A DNA stretch of 64,000 nt from Octopus vulgaris (lineage: Eukaryota), in assembly GCA_951406725.2 (NCBI GenBank), contig OX597822.1, positions 22,506,001 through 22,570,000 of the forward strand. The letters are read 5' to 3'. Numbering within the stretch: position 1 is the stretch's first letter; each line of letters opens with the position of its first letter. Below the pieces are notes generated by a model. The model ran no database searches, had not been told where the DNA came from, and saw only the letters and a list, made by a program, of their open reading frames with translations. Of the stretch, positions 37,261-50,566 are shown in pieces. The translations under genes were made by a program, and so were the position numbers.

Positions 37261-37476
37261 TAGTTGACATGGTAAACGTTTTTAATTTTCATTCCTTTCG
37301 AGAATTTATCCTTTTTCTTGTGGTTCTGAGATTTCTACTGCTCTTTCTTGCACAACGCTTTCCTATTTGGAAGCCTCTTATTGTATTTCTATATGAATAA
37401 TATATAGTCTAATGACTAATTCGTTTTTTGTGCTAGGCCACTGGTAATAATAATTTATTATTGCCCTATGTATTAT

Positions 37477-37520
<44 letters not shown>

Positions 37521-38714
37521 TGTGCAGGTGGCACGTAAAAAACACCCACTACACTCGCGGAGTGGTTGGCGTTAGGAAGGGCATCCAGCCGTAGAAACAC
37601 TGCCAGATCTGACTGGGCCTGACGAAGCCTTCCAGCTTCACAGACCCCAGTTGACCCGTCCAACCCATGCTAGCATGGAAAGCAGACGCTAAATGATGAT
37701 GATGATGATGATGATGATATATATGTATATATAGTGGTTGATATATATATATGTATATATAGTGGTTGATATATATATATATATATATATAATATAGACA
37801 TGCACATACACATATACACACACTCACATGTATATAAATTGTTATTTTTATCTCTACTTTGAAAAGCTTCAGGTTTTAACTTAACTTTACATATTAAATG
37901 TTCTCTATCAAATCATGAGATCAAGTAACAAGTACCATTCATAATTCCAAGTGAAGCTGATTTTTGTAAGGTGCTATACATTCGGTATAATATTTAGCTC
38001 ATTGATGTGTATTGTGAACTTGTTAGCAATGGTGCCAAGAGATCCAATTACTATTGGTGGAACTTTAATTTGTGTGCATCACTTCATCATCATCATCATC
38101 ATCATCATCGTTTAATGTCCGCTTTCCATGCTAGCATGGGTTGGACGATTTTGACTGAGGGCTGGCGAACCAGATGGCTGCACTAAGCCCCAATCTTGAT
38201 CTGGCAGAGTTTCTACAGCTGGATGCCCTTTCTAACACCAACCACTCTGAGAGTGTAGTGGGTGCTTTTTACGTGTCACTGGCACAGGGGCCGGTCACAC
38301 AGTACTGGCAATGACCTCGCTCCAATCTTTTTACACATGCAACCAGCACAAGTGCCAGTAAGGCGATGTTGGTAACAATCACGCTCAAATGGTGCCCTTT
38401 TACGTGCCACCGGCACGGAAGCCTGTTGGTTGCTCTGGCAATGATCACACTTGGATAGTGCTCTTGGCACCCTACTAGCACGGGCACAAGTGCCAGTAAG
38501 GTGACGCTGGTAATGATCACACTCGAATGGTGCTCTTTTATGTGCCACTGGCACGGAAGCCAATTCTTGAAATTTTCAAGCAAATCTTCAACTGCTAAAT
38601 TTTCTCATGCCCCTTGATATATTGTAAATACCTGCAATGGCTACTTCTACAATGCACACCTACTTCTATAATTGTCTACTATGACATTGCTTAGTCAATG
38701 GTACTCATTGACTG

Positions 38715-39115
38715 GAAGAAACGTTTGCACGCCGGGCAAAATGCTGAGCGGTATTTCGTCTGCCGCTGCGTTCTGAGTTCAAATTCTGCCGAGGTCAACT
38801 TTGCCTTTCATCCTTTCAGGGTCGATTAAATAAGTACCAGTTATGAACTGGGGTCGATATAATCGACTTAATCCATTTGTCTGTCCTTGTCTGCCCCCTC
38901 TGTGTTTAGCTCCGTGTGGGTAGTAAAGAAATAGGTATTTCGTCTGCCGTTACGTTCTGAGTTCAAATTCCGCCATGGTCGACTTTGCCTTTCATCCTTT
39001 CGGGGTCGATTGAATAAGTACCAGTTATGCACTGGGGTCAATATAATCGACTTAATCCCTTTGTCCTTGTTTGTCCCCTCTGTGTTTAGCCCCTTGTGGG
39101 TAATAAAGAAATAGG
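38715..39115 (+). mobile_element. SINE family B with tandemly duplicated body
   Basis: GGTATTTCGTCTGCCG...AAAGAAATA occurs twice head-to-tail; GGTACTCATT flanks both sides. Confidence 0.85.
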
Positions 39116-40352
39116 TACTCATTTACTGTTTGTTAGTATTTTAAAATCTCTTGATATATTTTTATGTTCATTTCTAACACTATTAGATATATGTCCATGT
39201 CATTTCTGATCTACCTCAAAGCTGTACTGTTTTACCAAGCAGTGAATGCTCATGCCACATAAAAAGCATTCATGTTGGTGCCACATTAAAAGCACTGGTG
39301 CCACACAAAAATCACCCAGTACACTTTCATACCAGAGCAGACGATATAGCCTGGTGAAGCCCTTGGCCTTAGCAATTCTGGTTAAACCGTTGTATATATG
39401 TTTTTCGCAGAGTTTTTATTAATGGTTTTAAGCTGCAAGTAGTAGGCTTTCAGTTTCTCATTCCAAGACTATTTATCAATCAATCTCACAACTGTTCAGT
39501 TTCTTTTGGGTTCTTTTTCTTTATATCTCTTAAACTAATTTGATCTTTCCTTACTAATAAACACTTTAAAAGTATGATTAAAAAAGTAAAAAAGAAAAAG
39601 GAGGGGGAAAGGCAATGGGCCACATATCTCAGAACAATGGTGTTGCCATGGAGAATGGCCAGCAACACTCACTGCAGTAGTGATTCCACCTTGTGAGGCT
39701 CATTTCTCCAACAGGTTGTTACTATTCCTATTTTGTGGAGGAAATTAGTAGTATTGGATCTTAGAACAGCAGCAGCCAGCACAAACTGATAGCAGCCAGG
39801 CTTCCATACTTATTGATTTTTCTCTCCTCCACATTAAGGGCAGCGACACTGGCCATGGAGGATTATACTTTCAGGTTGACTTTGTCCATTATGACTTTTC
39901 TGGCACATGTATTTGTTCTTGCTCTCTTCAACCAGGTTTTTGCTTTCTACAATATACTGAAAGAGTAGTTCTTAATTACTTTCCAGATACTGATTTAAGA
40001 TTCCATTGTCCCAGAGTTTGACCAATCTGGTTTGCACAATTGAGACATTTGCTCCCCAGCCATGGTGTTTGGGGTTCAGTCCCACTGCACAGCATCTTGG
40101 AAACATGCCTTCTACTGTAGCCTCAGGTCAACCAAAACCTCCTCCTCCTTATCATCATCATCATCATTTAACGTCCGCTTTCCATGCTAGCATGGGTTGG
40201 ACGATTTGACTGCGGTCTGATGAACCAGACTCCAATCTGATCTGGCAGAGTTTCTACAGCTGGATGCCCTTCCTAATGCCAACCACTCCAAGAGTGTAGT
40301 GGATGTTTATGAGTGGAATTTTGATAGAGAGAAACTGAAAGAAGCTAGAGTT

Positions 40353-40407
<55 letters not shown>

Positions 40408-41099
40408 AAGAGACAGAGAGTGAGAGAGAGAGAGAATGTTTGTAGTTGTGTCTGTCTTAACAATGTGTGATAGTCATAAAGAGTGTCACTGTCATACTAG
40501 CAGTGTTATATTCAATAAGCTGCAAAAGCTTGTCTGGCCATAATAAAATATTACTTTACTCTTTTTTTTTTTTTTACTCTTTTTACTTGTTTCAGTTATT
40601 TGACTGCGGCCATGCTGGAGCACCGCCTTTAGTCGAGCAAATCGACCCTGGGACTTATTCTTTGTAAGCTCAGTACTTATTCTATCGGTCTCTTTTGCCG
40701 AACTGCTAAGTGACGGGGACGTAAACACACCAGCATCGGTTGTCAAGCAATGCTAGGGGAACAAACACAGACACACAAACATATTCACACACACTTATAT
40801 ATATATACATATATACGACAGGCTTCTTTCAGTTTCCGTCTACCAAATCCACTCACAAGGCATTGGTCGGCCCGGGGCTATAGCAGAAGACACTTGCCCA
40901 AGATGCCACGCAGTGGGACTGAACCCGGAACCATGTGGTTGGTTAGCAAGCTACTTACCAAACAGCCACTCCTGTTAAGAATCAGGTGAGGGTTGGCAAT
41001 ATGAAAGATATATGGCCATAGAAATCTCACTCAAAAACTCCATGTGATCAATGTGAGCTTAGAGAAGTAAATGTTAAAACAATGATGATGGTTGTTGGC

Positions 41100-41830
41100 A
41101 ACACACTCTTCAAAGCCACTTACTCCTCAGTTTCTATCCTTCTGTTATGTAAAACATTTGCTCATGCAAGCAATATTTTTAACTCTCATAAACTACTCAG
41201 TATTTCTTTCAAAGTCATTAACTCGCTCTTTAGTTGTAGCATAGCACTGCTATGGTCTAATTGATGATGGCTGTGATGAGATTTCTGAAATGTAGGGTAA
41301 CACAGACAGAACCAAACTATTGATGAATGTGATTGAGTTTCTGGGATGTAGTTTGGTCTTCAATAGAAGATTAGTCATGTTAAATATGTGTCTGTCACGA
41401 ATGTCTTTATATCTTTCTGTCTAAAATATTACCTAATTCTTGGATTCCCAGATATTTATAGTAGCCATTTCTAAGGCCATCAATCCTCTCTCCAGATGGT
41501 TAGATATCATTATATATCATATTACTCCTATTTCAAATTAACTACCACACATTTTAAAATGCCAAACTCCATTCCATAATCACATCAACAGTAGCATACA
41601 ATTTTTATAAGAGTAACAATTTGATTTTTTTTCAGCAAGCAGCTTTAAAGAATCCAGGAATAAAAACTAGTTTCCTTTCCAAATTTGTATGCAATCCCTA
41701 TTTCTTCTAATTTTATTGACAGCAGTATCAATGATAAAGCAAAAAGGAGGAAAAGAAATCTTTTGAAACCTTTGTCATAGACAGGTCCCAGAATTTTCTT
41801 TTCCAGCATTTCAGTTTATCTGCTACTGAG
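41100..41830 (-). pseudogene. Old Dong/R4 RT remnant
   Basis: Minus-strand pieces IKLYA, GMEFGILKC and YYKYLGIQE in RT order. Confidence 0.6.
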
Positions 41831-42518
41831 GTACATTAGCCTCCATAATATACCAATAATATCATCATCATCGTTTAACGTCCGTTTTCCATGTTGGTAT
41901 GGGTTGGATGGTTTGACTGGGGACTGGCAAGCCAAGAGACTGCACCAAGCTCCAATCTGATCTGGCAGTGTTTCTACAGCTGGATGCCCTTCCTAACACC
42001 AACCACTCTAGTGGTTGCTTTTTATGTGTCACTGGCAGAGGAGCCAGTCTGCTGGCACTGGCATAGGCCACATTTGGATGGTGCTTTTTACATGCTACCG
42101 GCACAGGAGCCAGTTGGGGCAGGGTGGCTGGCATTGACCATGTTCAGATGGTGCTTTTTACATGTCACTGGCACAGGGAGCCAGTCAGGTGGAACTGGCA
42201 ATGACCCACGCATGCATAGTGCTTAGCATTTCAATAGCCATAAGTGGAGTACCGTATAAACTCTTTTAAAATCCACCCATGCCATGCTTGAGTGGGTACA
42301 TTGCTTCTTGCAATTAAGACAACCCTGTCAATTGTTAAGTGATCTTGGTATTTTTGCTTGTAAGTAAGGCAAGTTCTTCAGCCAGGATGCTAGGTTCCCA
42401 TCAAAACCAGTGACTTCTACTTAGGTATCTTTGTTCCACAATATCCTTTTGTTACTTTTATCTTTACTTGGCTTAGGGTTAATGTTACCAACTTCATCTG
42501 AACTTTACCACCTAGCAT

Positions 42519-42634
<116 letters not shown>

Positions 42635-42636
42635 GC

Positions 42637-42667
<31 letters not shown>

Positions 42668-42890
42668 AAGGTGGTGAGCTGGCAGAATTGTGTGCATACC
42701 AAGAAAAATGCTTAGCAGCATTTCATTCATCTTTATGCTCTGAATTCAAATTCTACCAAAGTCGACTTTGCCCTTCATCCTTTCGGAGTCAATAAAATAA
42801 GAACCAGCTGAGCACTGGTGTTGATGTAATCGATTTATCCCTCTCCTGAAATTGCTGACTTTAGGCCAAAATTTAAGATCATCATCATCA

Positions 42891-42921
<31 letters not shown>

Positions 42922-42970
42922 TATTATTATTATTACTATTATTATTATTATTATAATTATTATTATTATT

Positions 42971-43508
42971 GAGTGAGAGAGCAATGCATGCCATCAAATT
43001 GACACTGGAGTAAAATATACGAAGCCCAGTTTACCCATCATAACTACCCGTCTGATAAGGGTACACTAGGCATATGCATCACAACCATATGTGTGTGACA
43101 TGGTGATCCCATATCAAGATAAACCACACATGACCTTGCAGGTGGGGCCCAGTTAGAATTTTCTTCTGGTCGAGTAACCCGAATAAGGGCTGTTTAAGGA
43201 TGTTGAACAAAACACCCATGTTTCCAAAGGTAAATTATTCAAACCCCAAAGAATCCCTCTCAATACATGGCTATGATGCTCCCCCACTACTTCTGCTCGT
43301 GATCAGAGATGCACATATTGTCAGCCACTAAGGGACATACTCAACTGGTTATGGTTAAACAACTGACAAGCAAATCTGTGGTATTGAATAGAATATTTGC
43401 TGTAGCCCATCTTTTATACCAAGACAAAACAATGTACATGATAACACTTCCAATCAGTTAAGATCAGAAGCCATGAGAGCCACTGCCTGGTACGGTATCA
43501 GGGCATTT
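42971..43508 (-). mobile_element. ~540-bp non-coding repeat in (AAT)n, copy 2
   Basis: Reverse-complement match to 9106-9663 with a small internal deletion. Confidence 0.85.
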
Positions 43509-43527
43509 ATTATCATTATTATTATTA

Positions 43528-43630
<103 letters not shown>

Positions 43631-44049
43631 TATTATTATTATGTGCAGCTTTTTGAATCATAATTGAGTTTCACACTTGATTGTTCAAATGACAAACAGC
43701 TTTTAACGAAATATATATAGACTATGTATTGAGTGCATTTTCCTCATTTGTAAACACTTAAACCAATCTACATACACACACACACAAATACAATATTGAA
43801 AATATGACTATTTAATACAAACTTTAAAGAACATTAAGTTAATGAGGTGGTTAATTTTACACATACACTATAGTGAAACCGATAACATTTCTATGGTATC
43901 AACATAATCGCAGAATGGACAGAATGGAAAATAGTTTATTACACCCAAAGTAATAGAAATATTGCCAATTCATTGAGTCTTTAATCATAATTAAGCACAA
44001 CTACAACTATGCAATATTTAGACAATTATCACATTCCAGTTAACATCAA

Positions 44050-45715
<1,666 letters not shown>

Positions 45716-46167
45716 TATAAACGTAACTTTAATTCTTTAGTACATTATGAGAATCACTGTTAGCCATGTTGATAAGGTATCAGTCAGCCTGCTAATTGAA
45801 GAATCTCCTGCTTCTGTCCTGTCGCAGACATTAAACTGTGTCCGGTGCCAACAAAAGCATCAAACTAATTGCCAATCTGTCACTCACCAACACACTACAA
45901 ACTCTGCTCAACACATCTGCTGTCTCCCCCCTCTCTCTCACTGTTCTATCACTATTAGCTAGTTGTATACCACATCAATGCAAGTAAAACTGATCCTTCT
46001 ATATTACTTTTGTATTCCCTACAGTTGTTCTCCCCACCCCACCTCATCCTTACATTCCCAATACAAGTCATCTTAACCTATTCTTCCTTCCTAGAATGAT
46101 ATTTCTCTGGAATTCTCTTGAATACTATCATTGTTACCATTATCGTTATTATTATTATTATGATTAC

Positions 46168-46203
<36 letters not shown>

Positions 46204-46466
46204 TGTCATTATGATTATTATTATTATTATTATTATTATTATCATTATTATTATTATTATTATCGTCATGCCGGTGGCACGTAAAAGCACCCACTACACT
46301 CTCGGAGTGGTTGGTGTTAGGAAGGGCATCCAGCTGTAGAAACTTTGCCAGATCAGATTGGAGTCTGGTTCGCCAGACCTCAGTCAAATCATCCAACCCA
46401 TGCTAGCATGGAAAGCAGACGTTAAACGATGATGATGACTCATTCCTAACCATCAACCACCTACAC

Positions 46467-46692
46467 CAGTAGTTCTCAACCGTTTTTTTTGTCTTTGAAC
46501 TCCTTTGTGTCTCATTTTACTTGGGTGGACCCTCATAGTCATTCACTGTTTTAAGGAATCCTATTATACTTGTATAATTAAATATTTTTAGGAATTTTAA
46601 AAAGAAAAACTTGTTAAAGTATTTTATGTACTATAGAAATATAAATAATTTTATTACACATAATCTTATATGGACCCTTGTTTGAACCACTG
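46467..46692. mobile_element. hAT-type MITE
   Basis: CAGTAGTTCTCAACC...GTTTGAACCACTG; degenerate 8-bp TSD ACCTACAC/AGCTATAC. Confidence 0.7.
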
Positions 46693-47039
46693 AGCTATAC
46701 CATATTGCTGTCCTTCCACCAATACTCTTACACTTAGCTGCGTTGGTATATTGACATCCGTTTAGCACTATACTTTATGACAATCCTAACTTCTACTCTA
46801 CTAGTATTCATATGGCCCAACAATTATGCTGTACTAACAGCCCTAAGATATTACTTCACTTTAGTTTTAGTGCATATTTGGCTGTTGGTTATGATGTTTG
46901 CTTCAAATCATCTAGGTTCAATTCTACTGCAAAGCTCATCAAAAAAGCAATTTTTATGGAAAAACAAAAATTCTTAAATCTACAGAAGTCTATGTCAGAT
47001 TAAAGGACTACTATACATTATATGTTAAAATTCCTAGAT

Positions 47040-47365
47040 CATTGGATTCAAAACTATGCTTAATTGTTCAAGCAATCTACTGGACAATCTATTGAAACCA
47101 TTATGCAAATTGGTTCCTGGCTTCACCAGAGGAGACCTGGACATTTTTAATTGCATTCCCCACAGGGTAAATATAGAGATGATATTTAGTTTTATTGTGA
47201 CCAGCATCTATATAATTTCCCAAATGAATTAGTACTGAAGGCAATAGACAAATGTCCACATAACATTGGAGAGATTCTCAAAAACAGTTAATAGAAGAAA
47301 AACAATTAGTGTTTGAAAATAGCTTTTTTAATAATGGATATTTATTTCAAGTATAAAGTGGCCAT
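47040..47365 (+). pseudogene. Penelope-like reverse transcriptase remnant
   Basis: SNLLDNLLKPLCKLVPGFTRGDLDIFNCIP...FSFIVTSIY...ELVLKAI...LVFENSFF, a degenerate version of the PLE SFDVxSLYTNIP region. Confidence 0.65.
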
Positions 47366-47506
47366 TCAGCAGACCCATTTGAGCATCAGATATATTGCTC
47401 TGCAGTAATCAATCTAGATCCCTGTGCTCTGAGTTCAAATCATGTTGAGGTCAACTTTGTTATTCTTTCAAGGTCAATAATATACCAATCCTGTACTGAA
47501 GTCTAA

Positions 47507-47542
<36 letters not shown>

Positions 47543-47907
47543 TTCTCTCTCTCTCTTTCTCTCTCTCTCTCTTTCTCTCTCTCTCTTTCTCTCTCTCTCG
47601 TTCTCTCTCCTAGAAGAAATCAACTACAGTCAGATCTAGAGAAACACACTCTGCTAGGCCTAGAAATGCCCAAGAAATGATCTAAGTCACAATGACATTC
47701 TCACAATTGTCAGGGAGTTAAAGGCCAATGGCATTGCATAACTTTCAAATAAAAGAAACAGCAATAGGCCCATATTCTACAACAATATCTGCAGTGCAGT
47801 TTCAATACAAGTAACAATTTACATATTCTATACAATTCATCTAACCATAAAATAATACATTTCATAATCTTATACACCATATCCACCATAATGTAATTAT
47901 AATTTGA

Positions 47908-48139
47908 AGGCGGAGAACTCGCAGAAACGTTAGCATGCCAGGCGAAATGCTTAGCGGTATTTCGTCTGCCGTTACGTTCTGAGTTCAAATTCCACCGAGG
48001 TCGACTTTGCCTTTCATCCTTTCGAGGTCGATAAATTAAGTACCAGTTAAACACTGGGGTCAATGTAATCAACTTAATCCCTTTGTCTGTCCTTGTTTGT
48101 CCCCTCTATGTTTAGACCCTTGTGGGCAATAGAGAAATA
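47908..48139 (+). mobile_element. tRNA-derived SINE family B (also 29063-29290, 42668-42872, 61846-62078 on +; 32212-32428 on -)
   Basis: AGGCGG...GCAGAAACGTTAG...GAGTTCAAATTCC...GTCGACTTTGCCTTTCATCCTTTCG; 17-bp TSD ATAATGTAATTATAATT at 47888 and 48140. Confidence 0.9.
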
Positions 48140-48331
48140 ATAATGTAATTATAATTAATAATTAATCCAATAAATCCTGTAAACAATTATATTTCTGAAA
48201 ACCAACATTAACAACAAACTAAAACCTTAATCTAAATCCATTTAGATATAAGACACTTAGCATGAATAAAAAAAGACAAAAGGAAACAAACAAGGCGCAG
48301 GAGTGGCTGTGTGGTAAGTAGCTTGCTAACC

Positions 48332-50384
48332 TCTGAACTGTTCGGACATGTTATTTTGCTGCTCCAGATGCCATGTTGTTTCAACATGAATTGTTGAACT
48401 TTCGACTCGACTGCAGGTAGGCATTTTGTGTTTTTGCGAGCAAAGTGAAGTTTTATTACTTGCATTAATGTTTTTTAGCATTAAATATTTTTTTAGCAGA
48501 TAATAAGGCTCCACTTTGCTCCGGATATAATTTTTCTGCCTGTTGTCGAGTGTAAAGAAAATTGTGTTTTTGAGGCGGCGTAGTCCGTCTGCAAAAATTA
48601 TTTTTGAAATTGTCGTTGTGTTATCCACGGGATTTACCAAGGATTATTTTACCAAGGTGTTTTACCAACAGTGTATTTGGCCTGGAATACAATTTTTGGC
48701 CGAAAAAGTGAACAAAAAAAAGAAAAATTAATTCCTTTGTCTGAATTTGAACTCTCTTTCTCCGTCTATCATTCATTTGTTAAAAAAAAGAACTTTTTTT
48801 GAACTGCCATTTTAATTTTATTTCTTCCCTTCTGTTGCTTTTTTCATTCTCCTTTCTGTGTCTAATTTATTTTGTAACATTTTGAACTGTTTTTCTTACG
48901 TTATGGCAAGGAATTTCACTGTGTGGGAATTGACACCTCCCAAAAAGTACTTAAAGGAGCTCGAGGACAGAACCGTGGTGTTGAGGACATATTCGAGGTC
49001 GCTCGATACCATAATGGTTTTCCCGAAAGCCACCATTATGAACGAGCTGGCAGACTATATGCCAGCCGTTAAACATATTCAACGGGGAGCCAAATACGCA
49101 ACGATTTGGTTGCTGTTTGACTCCCCTAAAGCAGCTTGCGATTTCGCGAGTAAGCCCATTGAGGGCGAAGAGATTCTGTTTCTCCCAAGCTATAAGGGGG
49201 AAAAATTGATACGATTATGGGTCTGCGGCCTGCCGCCCGGCTTTGAGCCCGAGTGGGTGGAAGATTCCATCCGCCGGGGTCTGAGTGGTGGTAGCGCCAA
49301 GATCCTGAACGTGAGAATGCAGCCTGCGGCTGACTGGGAAGGGGCAAAGGCTACTTTGACTCTGTGGACCCAGTCGGCCAAGAGTCTGGTTTTGCCGGAC
49401 TTCTTGAAGATGGCTGGGTCCAAGTATCCGGTGATGCTTGAGGGACGCCCCCCCCCCCCCAAGTGTCACCTGTGTTCGGAGACCGGCCACATTAAGAAAA
49501 ACTGCCCCAGGAACCAGAGTAGGATCCTGGAGAAGTTAATATCAGAGCCTATCCCTGCCCCACCAATGGAGGGAGAGAAACAAAGTGAGGAGGGGGAAAA
49601 ATCCTCCTCCAAAAGAAAAAGAAAAGTGGGGAGCAATGGCGACCCACCAAAGGAACCGGAGGCTGCGGAAGAAAAAGAGGACCCGGTGCGTATAGCACTG
49701 GAACCTCAACCTCCCAAGGCCCAGCGTAAAAAGAAAAAGAAAAAGAGGAACGGGACGCCACCAGCGGACTGTAACACCCAGACGGCGTCTCCCATGTGTC
49801 CTCCAGCGGTTGTGATGCCGGAGAAATTTTATGTAGTCCTCTTCCATAAAGGAGGCACTGTAGAAAACGAAATAGGTAAGATGAGGAAGAGAAACCAATG
49901 GGAGGGACTTCGGCCTGCATGGAGTATCCCGTGGCCTTCGCAGCTGGCTGCGGAGGTCCTACTCGAAAATGATATGTGCAGGATCGAGAATTCTTTCCCG
50001 GAGGATCTCTTGCAAGTCATACCTGTATGCGGAAGCCTGACGATGGACGATTGCGTCATTAAAGCAAGAGAGTTCATCAGTCGGGTAACGTAAAATTGTA
50101 ATTGTGTTACATTGTGACAGAGGTTTATTGCCTCTGAAGAGACTTTTAAAAGTGTAAATTGTAAATTGAAATTTTTGTGAAAATTTTTTGAATTTTTGTA
50201 ATTTTTGAAATTTTGTAAATTATTGAAAAAAAAAGAAGAACATTGTTTTAGAGAAGCAAAAGTCGGCGGGCGCTTTCTGACTTCTCCCATCACCATCTTC
50301 ATCAACCACCACCATCATCCATTAATGTCCTTGTCCAGCCCGTAGCTACTCTGTGTGCTGCCCTAGTGGCAAATTATTAAAATA
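48332..50384 (+). mobile_element. ORF1-only non-autonomous retroelement (HAL1-like 'half-LINE')
   Basis: 16-bp TSD AAGTAGCTTGCTAACC at 48316-48331 and 50385-50400; ~570-bp 5' UTR, single ORF, ~290-bp 3' UTR ending ATTAAAATA; no RT or endonuclease. Confidence 0.85.
48903..50093 (+). CDS. Gag-like ORF1 protein with CCHC zinc knuckle (396 aa from first ATG)
   Basis: Uninterrupted ORF; CHLCSETGHIKKNC knuckle; basic tracts KRKRK and RKKKKKKR; collinear motifs shared with the Tx1 ORF1 at 5422-6195. Confidence 0.85.
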   Translation: MARNFTVWELTPPKKYLKELEDRTVVLRTYSRSLDTIMVFPKATIMNELADYMPAVKHIQRGAKYATIWLLFDSPKAACDFASKPIEGEEILFLPSYKGEKLIRLWVCGLPPGFEPEWVEDSIRRGLSGGSAKILNVRMQPAADWEGAKATLTLWTQSAKSLVLPDFLKMAGSKYPVMLEGRPPPPKCHLCSETGHIKKNCPRNQSRILEKLISEPIPAPPMEGEKQSEEGEKSSSKRKRKVGSNGDPPKEPEAAEEKEDPVRIALEPQPPKAQRKKKKKKRNGTPPADCNTQTASPMCPPAVVMPEKFYVVLFHKGGTVENEIGKMRKRNQWEGLRPAWSIPWPSQLAAEVLLENDMCRIENSFPEDLLQVIPVCGSLTMDDCVIKAREFISRVT

Positions 50385-50533
50385 AAGTAGCTTGCTAACC
50401 AACCACATGGTTCTGGGTTCAGTCCCACTGCGTGGCATCTTGGGCAAGTGTCTTCTGCTATAGCCCCGGGCCAACCAATGCCTTGTGAGTGGATTTGGTA
50501 GACGGAAACTGAAAGAAGCCTGTTGTATATATG

Positions 50534-50566
<33 letters not shown>

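Larger units (their letters stand above)
36821..37400. repeat. Long inverted repeat (Penelope pLTR-like fold-back), ~265-bp arms, 51-bp spacer
   Basis: 36821-37085 is the reverse complement of 37137-37400 with few mismatches; embedded in (TA)n. Confidence 0.95.

Noticed and set aside
38260-38560. ~60-bp repeats with variable spacers resembling a CRISPR array
   Set aside because: Degenerate tandem units within the RTE-like 3' UTR, also seen at ~42010-42200 and ~50940-51135; eukaryotic context and no cas genes.
39700-39960. Possible RLE-type LINE remnant (EERKINKY) on the minus strand
   Set aside because: A single short motif; insufficient evidence.
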